Source of the DNA: Antedon mediterranea
Lineage: Eukaryota; Animalia; Echinodermata
Direction of reading: 5' to 3'
Length of the DNA: 64,000 nt
Assembly: GCF_964355755.1 (NCBI RefSeq)
Contig: NC_092678.1
Location: forward strand, 9,626,422-9,690,421
How positions within the stretch are numbered: the first letter of the stretch is position 1; each line of letters opens with the position of its first letter. Positions 12,201 to 24,200 of the stretch are shown here, piece after piece. Made by a program: the position numbers and the translations under genes. The notes beneath the pieces are model-generated. The model saw only the letters and a list, made by a program, of their open reading frames with translations. It did not search any database and was not told the origin of the DNA.

Positions 12201-15200
12201 CATTTCATATAAATAGACTATTATCAGCTCTTCAGTCATCTACTGGTTTGTGGCGTAACGGGTAATGCTCAGGTTTGAGTGCTCTGAGTAGTGGGTCGAA
12301 CCTCAAGGGATATTGTTTTTCTTTTTTTTTAAATTGAAAATAAATATGGTTTTTGAAAGTCAGATATTTTGAGGGTTTTAAATGTCAAGCCTAACCAAGT
12401 GGACCTTTTTTTAAAATCAGAAACAAAGTTGCATATCATCATTTTACATTGATGGATCATTCATTTCATATAAATAGACTGTTATCAGCTCTTCAGTCAT
12501 CTACTGGTTTGTGGCGTAACCGGTAGTGCTCAGGTTTGAGTTCTCGCAGTAGTGGGTTCGAACCTCTACGAATATTTTTTTTCTTTTTTTTTTAATTGAA
12601 AATAAATAATGTTTTTGAAAGTGAGATATTTTGAGGGTTGTAAATGTCAGGCCTAAACAAGTGGACCTTCTTTAAAATCAGAAACAAAGTTGCATGGCAT
12701 TATTTTTCATTGAATGATCATTCATTTCATATAAATAGACTATTATCAGCTCTTCAGTCATCTACTGGTTTGTGGCGTAACGGGTAATGCTCAGGTTTGA
12801 GTGCTCTGAGTAGTGGGTCGAACCTCTAGGGATATTTTTTTTCTTTTTTTTTTAAATTGAAAATAAATATGGTTTTTGAAAGTGAGATATTTTGAGGGTT
12901 GTAAATATCAGGCCTAAACAAGTGGACCTTTTTTAAAATCAGAAACAAAGTTGCATGGCATTATTTTTCATTGATTGATCATTTATTTCATATAAATAGA
13001 TTATTATCAGCTCTTCAGTCATCTACTGGTTTGTGGCGTAACGGGTAATCCTCAGGTTTGAGTGCTCTGAGTAGTGGGTCGAACCTCAAGGGATATTTTT
13101 TTTCTTTTTTTTTTAAATTGAAAATAAATATGGTTTTTGAAAGTGAGATATTTTGAGGGTTGTAAATATCAGGCCTAAACAAGTGGACCTTTTTTAAAAT
13201 CAGAAACAAAGTTGCATGGCATTATTTTTCATTGATTTATTATTTATTTCATATAAATAGAGTATTATCAGCTCTTCAGTCATCTACTGGTTTGTGGCGT
13301 AACGGGTAAAGCTCAAGTTTGATTGCTCTCACTAGTGGGTTCGAACCTCTACGGATATTTTGTTGCTTTTTTTTTTTTTATTTAAAATAAATATTGTTTT
13401 TGAAAGTGAGATATTTTGAGGGTTGTAAATATCAGGCCTAAACAAGTGGACCTTTTTTAAAATCAGAAACAAAGTTGCATGGCATTATTTTTCATTGATT
13501 TATTATTTATTTCATATAAATAGAGTATTATCAGCTCTTCAGTCATCTACTGGTTTGTGGCGTAACGGGTAAAGCTCTCACTAGTGGGTTCGAACCTCTA
13601 CGGATATTTTGTTGCTTTTTTTTTTTTATTTAAAATAAATATTGTTTTTGAAAGTGAGATATTTTGAGGGTTGTAAATATCAGGCCTAAACAAGTGAACC
13701 TTTTTTAAAATCAGAAACAAAGTTGCATTGCATTATTTTTCATTGATTTATTATTAATTTCATATAAATAGAGTATTATCAGCTCTTCAGTCATCTACTG
13801 GTTTGAGGCGTAACGGGTAATGCTCAGGTTTGAGTTCTCGCAGTAGTGGGTTCGAACCTCTACGAATATTTTTTTTTTTTTTTTTTATTGAAAATAAATA
13901 TTGTTTTTGAAAGTGAGATATTTTGAGGGTTGTAAATGTCAGGCCTAAACAAGTGGACCTTTTTTAAAATCAGAAACAAAGTTGTATGGCATTATTTTTC
14001 ATTGATTTATTATTTATTTCATATAAATAGAGTATTATCAGCTCTTCAGTCATCTACTAGTTTGTGGCGTAACGGGTAATGCTCAAGTTTGAGTGCTCTC
14101 ACTAGTGGGTTCGAACCTCTACGGATATTTTGTTTCTTTTTTTTTTTTATTTAAAATAAATATTGTTTTTGAAAGTGAGATATTTTGAGGGTTGTAAATG
14201 TCAGGCCTAAACAAGTGAACCTTTTTTAAAATCAGAAGCAAAGTTGCATGGCATTATTTTTCATTGATTTATTATTAATTTCATATAAATAGAGTATTAT
14301 CAGCTCTTCAGTCATCTACTGGTTTGAGGCGTAACGGATAATGCTCAGGTTTGAGTTCTCGCAGTAGTGGGTTCGAACCTCTACGAATATTTTTTTTCTT
14401 TTTTTTTTTTTATTTAAAAAAATATTGTTTTTGAAAGTGAGATATTTTGAGGGTTGTAAATGTCAGGCCTAAACAAGTGGACCTTTTTTAAAATCAGAAA
14501 CAAAGTTGCATGGCATTATTTTTATTGATTGATCATTCATTTCATATAAATAGACTATTATCAGCTCTTCAGTTATCTACTGGTTTGTGCCGTAACGGGT
14601 AATGCTCAAGTTTGAATGCTCTCACTAGTGGGTTCGAACCTCTACGGATATTTTTTTTTTTTTTTTTTTAAATAAATATTGTTTTTGAAAGTGAGATATT
14701 TTGCGGGTTGTAAATATCAGGCCTAAACAAGTGAACCTTTTTTAAAATCAGAAACAAAGTTGCATTGCATTATTTTTCATTGATTTATTATTAATTTCAT
14801 ATAAATAGAGTATTATCAGCTCTTCAGTCATCTACTGGTTTGAGGCGTAACGGGTAATGCTCAGGTTTGAGTTCTCGCAGTAGTGGGTTCGAACCTCTAC
14901 GAATATTTTTTTTTTTTTTTTTTTTTATTGAAAATAAATATTGTTTTTGAAAGTGAGATATTTTGAGGGTTGTAAATGTCAGGCCTAAACAAGTGGACCT
15001 TTTTTAAAATCAGAAACAAAGTTGTATGGCATTATTTTTCATTGATTTATTATTTATTTCATATAAATAGAGTATTATCAGCTCTTCAGTCATCTACTAG
15101 TTTGTGGCGTAACGGGTAATGCTCAAGTTTGGGTGCTCTCACTAGTGGGTTCGAACCTCTACGGATATTTTGTTTCTTTTTTTTTTTTATTTAAAATAAA

Positions 15201-18200
15201 TATTGTTTTTGAAAGTGAGATATTTTGAGGGTTGTAAATGTCAGGCCTAAACAAGTGAACCTTTTTTAAAATCAGAAGCAAAGTTGCATGGCATTATTTT
15301 TCATTGATTGATCATTCATTTCATATAAATAGAGTATTATCAGCTCTTCAGTCATCTACTGGTTTGAGGCGTAACGGGTAATGCTCAGGTTTGAGTTCTC
15401 GCAGTAGTGGGTTCGAACCTCTACGAATATTTGTTTTCTTTTTTTCTTTTTTATTTAAAAAAATATTGTTTTTGAAAGTGAGATATTTTGAGGGTTGTAA
15501 ATGTCAGGCCTAAACAAGTGGACCTTTTTTAAAATCAGAAACAAAGTTGCATGGCATTATTTTTTATTGATTGATCATTCATTTCATATAAATATACTAT
15601 TATCAGCTCTTCAGTTATCTACTGGTTTGTGCCGTAACGGGTAATGCTCAAGTTTGAGTGCTCTCACTAGTGGGTTCGAACCTCTACGGATATTTTTTTT
15701 TTTTTTTTTTTAAATAAATATTGTTTTTGAAAGTGAGATATTTTGAGGGTTGTAAATGTCAGGCCTAAACAAGTGAACCTTTTTTAAAATCAGAAACAAA
15801 GTTGCATGGCATTATTTTTCATTGATTTATTATTAATTTCATATAATTAGAGTATTATCAGCTCTTCAGTCATCTACTGGTTTGAGGCGTAACGGGTAAT
15901 GCTCAGGTTTGAGTTCTCGCAGTAGTGGGTTCGAACCTCTACGAATATTTTTTTTTTTTTTTTTTCTTATTGAAAAAAATATTGTTTTTGAAAGTGAGAT
16001 ATTTTGAGGGTTGTAAATGTCAGGCCTAAACAAGTGGACCTTTTTTAAAATCAGAAACAAAGTTGCATGGCATTATTTTTCATTGATTGATCATTAATTT
16101 CATATAAATAGACTATTATCAACTCTTCAGTTATCTACTGGTTTGCGGCGTAACGGGTAATGCTCAGGTTTGAGTTCTCGCAGTAGTGGGTTCGAACCTC
16201 TACGATTTTTTTTTTTTTTTTTTTCTTATTGAAAATAAATATTTTTTTTGAAAATGAGATATTTTTTATGGTTGTAAATGTCAGGCCTAAACAAATGGAT
16301 CTTTTTTAAAATCAGAAACAAAGTTGCATGGCATTATTTTTCATTGATTGATAATTCATTTCATATAAATAGACTATTACCAGCTCTTCAGTCATCTACT
16401 GGTTTGTGGCGTAACGAGTAATGCTCAGGTTTGAGTGCTCTGAGTAGTGGGTCGAACCTCTAGGGATACTTTTTTTCTTTTTTTTTTAAATTGAAAATAA
16501 ATATGGTTTTTGAAAGTGAGATATTTTGAGGGTTGTAAATGTCAGGCCTAAACAAGTGGACCTTTTTTAAAATCAGAAACAAAGTTGCATGGCATTATTT
16601 TTCATTGATTGATCATTTATTTCATATAAATAGACTATTATCAGCTCTTCAGTCATCTACTGGTTTGTGGCGTAACGGGTAATGCTCAGGTTTGAGTGCT
16701 CTGAGTAGTGGGTCGAACCTCTAGGGATATTTTTTTTCTTTTTTTTTTAATTGAAAATAAATATGGTTTTTGAAAGTGAGATATTTTGAGGGTTGTAAAT
16801 ATCAGGCCTAAACAAGTGGACCTTTTTTAAAATCAGAAACAAAGTGGCATGGCATTATTTTTCATTGATTTATTATTAGTTTCATATAAATAGAGTATTA
16901 TCAGCTCTTCAGTCATCTACTGGTTTGTGCCGTAACGGGTAATGCTCAGGTTTGAGTTCTCGCAGTAGTGGGTTCGAACCTCTACGAATATTTTTTTTCT
17001 TTTTTTTTTTTATTGAAAAAAATATTGTTTTTGAAAGTGAGATATTTTGAGGGTTGTAAATGTCAGGCCTAAACAAGTGGACCTTTTTTAAAATCAGAAA
17101 CAAAGTGGCATGGCATTATTTTTCATTGATTTATTATTTATTTCATATAAATAGAATATTATCAGCTCTTCAGTCATCTACTGGTTTGTGGCGTAACGGG
17201 TAATGCTCAAGTTTGAGTGCTCTCACTAGTGGGTTCGAACCTCTACGGATATTTTGTTTCTTTTTTTTTTTTTTATTTAAAATAAATATTGTTTTTGAAA
17301 GTGAGATATTTTGAGGGTTGTAAATGTCAGGCCTAAATAAGTGAACCTTTTTTAAAATCAGAAACAAAGTTGCATTGCATTATTTTTCATTGATTTATTA
17401 TTAATTTCATATAAATAGAGTATTATCAGCTTTTCAGTCATCTACTGGTTTGAGGCGTAACGGGTAATGCAAAGTTTGAGTTCTCGCAGTAGTGGGTTCG
17501 AACCTCTACGATTTTTTTTTTTTTTTTTTTTTTTATTGAAAATAAATATTGTTTTTGAAAGTGAGATATTTTGAGGGTTGTAAATGTCAGGCCTAAACAA
17601 GTGGACCTTTTTTAAAATCAGAAACAAAGTTGCATGGCATTATTTTTCATTGATTTATTATTAGTTTCATATAAATAGAGTATTATCAGCTCTTCAGTCA
17701 TCTACTGGTTTGTGCCGTAACGGGTAATGCTCAGGTTTGAGTTCTCGCAGTAGTGGGTTCGAACCTCTACGAATATTTTTTTTCTTTTTTTTTTTTATTG
17801 AAAAAAATATTGTTTTTGAAAGTGAGATATTTTGAGGGTTGTAAATGTCAGGCCTAAACAAGTGGACCTTTTTTAAAATCAGAAACAAAGTGGCATGGCA
17901 TTATTTTTCATTGATTTATTATTTATTTCATATAAATAGAATATTATCAGCTCTTCAGTCATCTACTGGTTTGTGGCGTAACGGGTAATGCTCAAGTTTG
18001 AGTGCTCTCACTAGTGGGTTCGAACCTCTACGGATATTTTGTTTCTTTTTTTTTTTTTTATTTAAAATAAATATTGTTTTTGAAAGTGAGATATTTTGAG
18101 GGTTGTAAATGTCAGGCCTAAATAAGTGAACCTTTTTTAAAATCAGAAACAAAGTTGCATTGCATTATTTTTCATTGATTTATTATTAATTTCATATAAA

Positions 18201-21200
18201 TAGAGTATTATCAGCTTTTCAGTCATCTACTGGTTTGAGGCGTAACGGGTAATGCTCAGGTTTGAGTTCTCGCAGTAGTGGGTTCGAACCTCTACGATTT
18301 TTTTTTTTTTTTTTTTTTTATTGAAAATAAATATTGTTTTTGAAAGTGAGATATTTTGAGGGTTGTAAATGTCAGGCCTAAACAAGTGGACCTTTTTTAA
18401 AATCAGAAACAAAGTTGCATGGCATTATTTTTCATTGATTTATTATTTATTTCATATAAATAGAGTATTATCAGCTCTTCAGTCATCTACTGGTTTGTGG
18501 CGTAACGGGTAATGCTCAAGTTTGAGTGCTCTCACTAGTGGGTTCGAACCTCTACGGATATTTTGTTTCTTTTTTTTTTTTATTTAAAATAAATATTGTT
18601 TTTGAAAGTGAGATATTTTGAGGGTTGTAAATGTCAGGCCTAAACAAGTGAACCTTTTTTAAAATCAGAAACAAAGTTGCATGGCATTATTTTTCATTGA
18701 TTTATTATTAATTTCATATAAATAGAGTATTATCAGCTCTTCAGTCATCTACTGGTTTGAGGCGTAACGGGTAATGCTCAGGTTTGAGTTCTCGCAGTAG
18801 TGGGTTGGAACCTCTAGGGATATTACTTTTTTTTTTCTTATTGAAAATAAATATTTTTTTTGAAAATGAGATATTTTTTAGGGTTGTGAATGTCAGGCCT
18901 AAACAAATGGATATTTTTTAAAATCAGAAACAAAGTTGCATGGCATTATTTTTCATTGATTGATCATTCATTTCATATAAATAGACTATTATCAGCTCTT
19001 CAGTCATCTACTGGTTTGTGGCGTAACGGGTAATGCTCAGGTTTGAGTGCACTGAGTAGTGGGTCGAACCTCTAGGGATATTTTTTTTCTTTTTTTTTTA
19101 AATTGAAAATAAATATGGATTTTGAAAGTGAGATATTTTGAGGGTTGTAAATGTCAGGCCTAAACAAGTGGACCTTTTTTAAAATCAGAAACAAAGTTGC
19201 ATGGCATTATTTTTCATTGATTTATTATTTATTTCATATAAATAGAGTATTGTCAGCTCTTCAGTCATCTACTGGTTTGTGGCGTAACGGGTAATGCTCA
19301 AGTTTGAGTGCTCTCACTAGTGGGTTCGAACCTCTACGGATATTTTGTATCTTTTTTTTTTTTATTTAAAATAAATATTGTTTTTGAAAGTGAGATGTTT
19401 TGAGGGTTGTAAATGTCAGGCCTAAACAAGTGAACCTTTTTTAAAATCAGAAACAAAGTTGCATGGCATTATTTTTCATTGATTTATTATTAGTTTCATA
19501 TAAATAGAGTATTATCAGCTCTTCAGTCATCTACTGGTTTGTGCCGTAACGGGTAATGCTCAGGTTTGAGTTCTCGCAGTAGTGGGTTCGAACCTCTACG
19601 AATATTTTTTTTCTTTTTTTTTTTTATTGAAAAAAATATTGTTTTTGAAAGTGAGATATTTTGAGGGTTGTAAATGTCAGGCCTAAACAAGTGGACCTTT
19701 TTTAAAATCAGAAACAAAGTTGCATGGCATTATTTTTCATTGATTTATTATTTATTTCATATAAATAGAGTATTATCAGCTCTTCAGTCATCTACTGGTT
19801 TGTGGCGTAACGGGTAATGCTCAAGTTTGAGTGCTCTCACTAGTGGGTTCGAACCTCTACGGATATTTTGTTTCTTTTTTTTTTTATTTAAAATAAATAT
19901 TGTTTTTGAAAGTGAGATATTTTGAGGGTTGTAAATGTCAGGCCTAAACAAGTGAACCTTTTTTAAAATCAGAAACAAAGTTGCATGGCATTATTTTTCA
20001 TTGATTTATTATTCATTTCATATAAATAGAGCATTATCAGCTCTTCAGTCATCTACTGGTTTGAGGCGTAACGGGTAATGCTCAAGTTTGAGTGCTCGCA
20101 GTAGTGGGTTCGAACCTCTAGGGATATTTCTTTTCTTTTTTTTTTCATTGAAAATAAATATTTTTTTTGAAGGTGAGATATTTTGAGGGTTGTAAATGAC
20201 AGGCCTAAACAAATGAACCTTTTTTAAAATCAGAAACAAAGTTGCATTGCATTATTTTTCATTGATTTATTATTAATTTCATATAAATAGAGTATTATCA
20301 GCTCTTCAGTCATCTACTGGTTTGAGGCGTAACGGGTAATGCTCAGGTTTGAGTTCTCGCAGTAGTGGGTTCGAACCTCTACGAATATTTTTTATTTTTT
20401 TTTTTTTATTGAAAATAAATATTGTTTTTGAAAGTGAGATATTTTGAGGGTTGTAAATGTCAGGCCTAAACAAGTGGACCTTTTTTAAAATCAGAAACAA
20501 AGTTGCATGGCATTATTTTTCATTGATTTATTATTCATTTCATATAAATAGAGTATTGTCAGCTCTTCAGTCATCTACTGGTTTGTGGCGTAACGGGTAA
20601 TGCTCAAGTTTGAGTGCTCTCACTAGTGGGTTCGAACCTCTACGGATATTTTGTTTCTTTTTTTTTTATTTAAAATAAATATTGTTTTTGAAAGTGAGAT
20701 ATTTTGAGGGTTGTAAATGTCAGGCCTAAACAAGTGAACCTTTTTTAAAATCAGAAACAAAGTTGCATGGCATTATTTTTCATTGATTTATTATTAATTT
20801 CATATAAATAGAGTATTATCAGCTCTTCAGTCATCTACTGGTTTGAGGCGTAACGGGTAATGCTCAGGTTTGAGTTCTCGCAGTAGTGGGTTCGAACCTC
20901 TATGAATATTTTTTTTTCTTTTTTTTTTAATTGAAAATAAATATTGTTTTTGAAAGTGAGATATTTTGAGGGTTGTAAATGTCAGGCCTAAACAAGTGGA
21001 CCTTTTTTAAAATCAGAAACAAAGTTGCATGGCATTATTTTTCATTGATTGATCATTCATTTCATATAAATAGACTATTATCAGCTCCGCAGTCATCTAC
21101 TGGTTTGTGGCGTAACGGATAATGCTCAGGTTTGAGTGCTTTCAGTAGTGGGTTCGAACCTCTAGGGATTTTTTTTTTTTAAATTGAAAATAAATATTGT

Positions 21201-24200
21201 TTTTGAAAGTGAGATATTTTTAGGGTTGTAAATGTCAGGCCTAAACAAGTGGACCTTTTTTAAAATCAGAAACAAAGTTGCATGGCATTATTTTTCATTG
21301 GTTGATCATCCATTTCATATAAATAGACTATTATCAGCTCTTCAGTTATATACTGGTTTGCGGCGTAACGGGTAATGCTCAGTTTTGAGGGATTTCAATA
21401 GTGGGTTCGAACTTCTAGGGATATTTTTTTTTTTTTTTATTTGAAAATAAATATTGTTTTTGAAAGTGAGATATTTTGAGGGTTGTAAATGTAAGGCCTA
21501 AACAAGTGAACATTTTTTTCAATCAGAAACAAAGTTGCATGGCATTATTTTTCATTGATTTATTATTCATTTCATATAAATAGAGTATTATCAGCTCTTC
21601 AGTCATCTACTGGTTTGAGGCGTAACGGGTAATGCTCAGGTTTGAGTGCTCTCAGTAGTGGGTTCGAACCTATACGGGTATTTTTTTTCTTTTTTTTTAA
21701 ATTGAAAATAAATATTGTTTTTGAAAGTGAGATATTTTGAGGGTTGCAACTGTCAGGCCTAAACAAGTGAACCTTTTTTAAAATCAGAAACAAAGTTGCA
21801 TGGCATTATTTTTCATTGATTGATCATCTATTTCATATAAATAGACTATTATCAGCTCTTCAGTCATATACTGGTTTGCGGCGTAACGGGTAATGCTCAG
21901 GTTTGAGTGATTTCAATAGTGGGTTCGAACTTCTAGGGATATTTTTTTTTCTTTTTTTTTTTTATTTGAAAATAAATATTGTTTTTGAAAGTGAGATATT
22001 TTTATGGTTTTAAATGTCAAGCCTAATCAAGTGGACCTTTTTTTAAAATCAGAAACAAAGTTGCATAACATCATTTTACATTGATGGATCATGCATTTCA
22101 TATAAATAGACTGTTATCAGCTCTTCAGTCATCTACTGGTTTGTGGCGTAACCGGTAGTGCTCAGGTTTGAGTTCTCGCAGTAGTGGGTTCGAACCTCTA
22201 CGAATTTTTTTTTTTCTTTTTTTTTTAATTGAAAATAAATATTTTTTTTGAAAGTGAGATATTTTGAGCGTGTTAGAGTGCTTTCAGTAGTGGGTTCGAA
22301 CCTCTAGGGATTTTTTTTTTTTTTGAAATTGAAAATAAATATTGTTTTTGAAAGTGAGATATTTTGAGGGTTGTAAATGTCAGGCCTAAACAAGTGGACC
22401 TTTTTTAAAATCAGAAACAAAGTTGCATGGCATTATTTTTCATTGGTTGATCATCCATTTCATATATATAGACTATTATCAGCTCTTCAGTCATATACTG
22501 GTTTGCGGCGTAACGGGTAATGCTCAGTTTTGTGTGATTTCAATAGTGGGTTTGAACTTCTAGGGATATTTGTTTTCTTTTTTTTTATTTGAAAATAAAT
22601 ATTGTTTTTGAAAGTGAGATATTTTGAGGGTTGTAAATGTCAGGCCTAAACAAGTGAACCTTTTTTAAAATTAGAAACAAAGTTGCATGGCATTATTTTT
22701 CATGGATTGATCATTAATTTCATATAAATAGACTATTATCAGCTCTTCAGTTATCTACTGGTTTGTGGCGTAACGGGTAATACCCAGGTTTGAGTGCTCT
22801 CAGTAGCGGGTTCCAACCTCTAGGGATATTGCTTTTTTTTTCTTATTGAAAATAAATATTTTTTTTGAAAATGAGATATTTTTTAGGGTTGTAAATGTCA
22901 GGCTTAAAAAATGGATCTTTTTTAAAATCAGAAACAAAGTTGCATGGCATTATTTTTCCTTGATTGATAATTCATTTCATATAAATAGACTATTATCAGC
23001 TCTTCAGTCATCTACTGGTTTGTGGCGTAACGAGTAATGCTCAGGTTTGAGTGCTCTGAGTAGTGGGTCGAACCTCTAGGGATACTTTTTTTCTTTTTTT
23101 TTTAAATTGAAAATAAATATGGTTTTTGAAAGTGAGATATTTTGAGGGTTGTAAATGTCAGGCCTAAACAAGTGGACCTTTTTTAAAATCAGAAACAAAG
23201 TTGCATGGCATTATTTTTCATTGATTGATAATTTATTTCATATAAATAGACTATTATCAGCTCTTCAGTCATCTACTGGTTTGAGGCGTAACGGGTAATG
23301 CTCAAGTTTGAGTGCTCTCAGTAGTGGGTTCGAACCTATACGGGTATTTTTTTTCTTTTTTTTTAATTGAAAATAAATATTGTTTTTGAAAGTGAGATAT
23401 TTTGAGGGTTGCAACTGTCAGGCCTAAACAAGTGAACCTTTTTTAAAATCAGAAACAAAGTTGCATGGCATTATTTTTCATTGATTGATCATCTATTTCA
23501 TATAAATAGACTATTATCAGCTCTTCAGTCATATACTGGTTTGCGGCGTAACGGGTAATGCTCAGGTTTGAGTGATTTCAATAGTGGGTTCGAACTTCTA
23601 GGGATATTTTTTTTTCTTTTTTTTTTATTTGAAAATAAATATTGTTTTTGAAAGTGAGATATTTTGAGGGTTTTAAATGTCAAGCCTAACCAAGTGGACC
23701 TTTTTTTAAAATCAGAAACAAAGTTGCATAACATCATTTTACATTGATGGATCATTCATTTCATATAAATAGACTGTTATCAGCTCTTCAGTCATCTACT
23801 GGTTTGTGGCGTAACCGGTAGTGCTCAGGTTTGAGTGCTCAGGTTTGAGTGCTCAGGTTTGAGTGGGTTCGAACCTCTACGAATATTTTTTTTCTTTTTT
23901 TTTTAATTGAAAATAAATATTGTTTTTGAAAGTGAGATATTTTGAGAGTTGTAAATGTCAGGCCTAAACAAGTGGACCTTTTTTAAAATCAGAAACAAAG
24001 TTGCATGGCATTATTTTTCATTGATTGATCATTCATTTCATATAAATGGACTATTATCAGCTCCGCAGTCATCTACTGGTTTGTGGCGTAACGGATAATG
24101 CTCAGGTTTGAGTGCTCTGAGTAGTGGGTCGAACCTCTAGGGATATTTTTTTTCTTTCTTTTTTAAATTGAAAATAAATATGGTTTTTGAAAGTGAGATA

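Noticed and set aside
21662-21680. CENP-B box-like TTCG...CGGG in one monomer family
   Set aside because: The spacing is 8 nt rather than 7 and the required A is misplaced.
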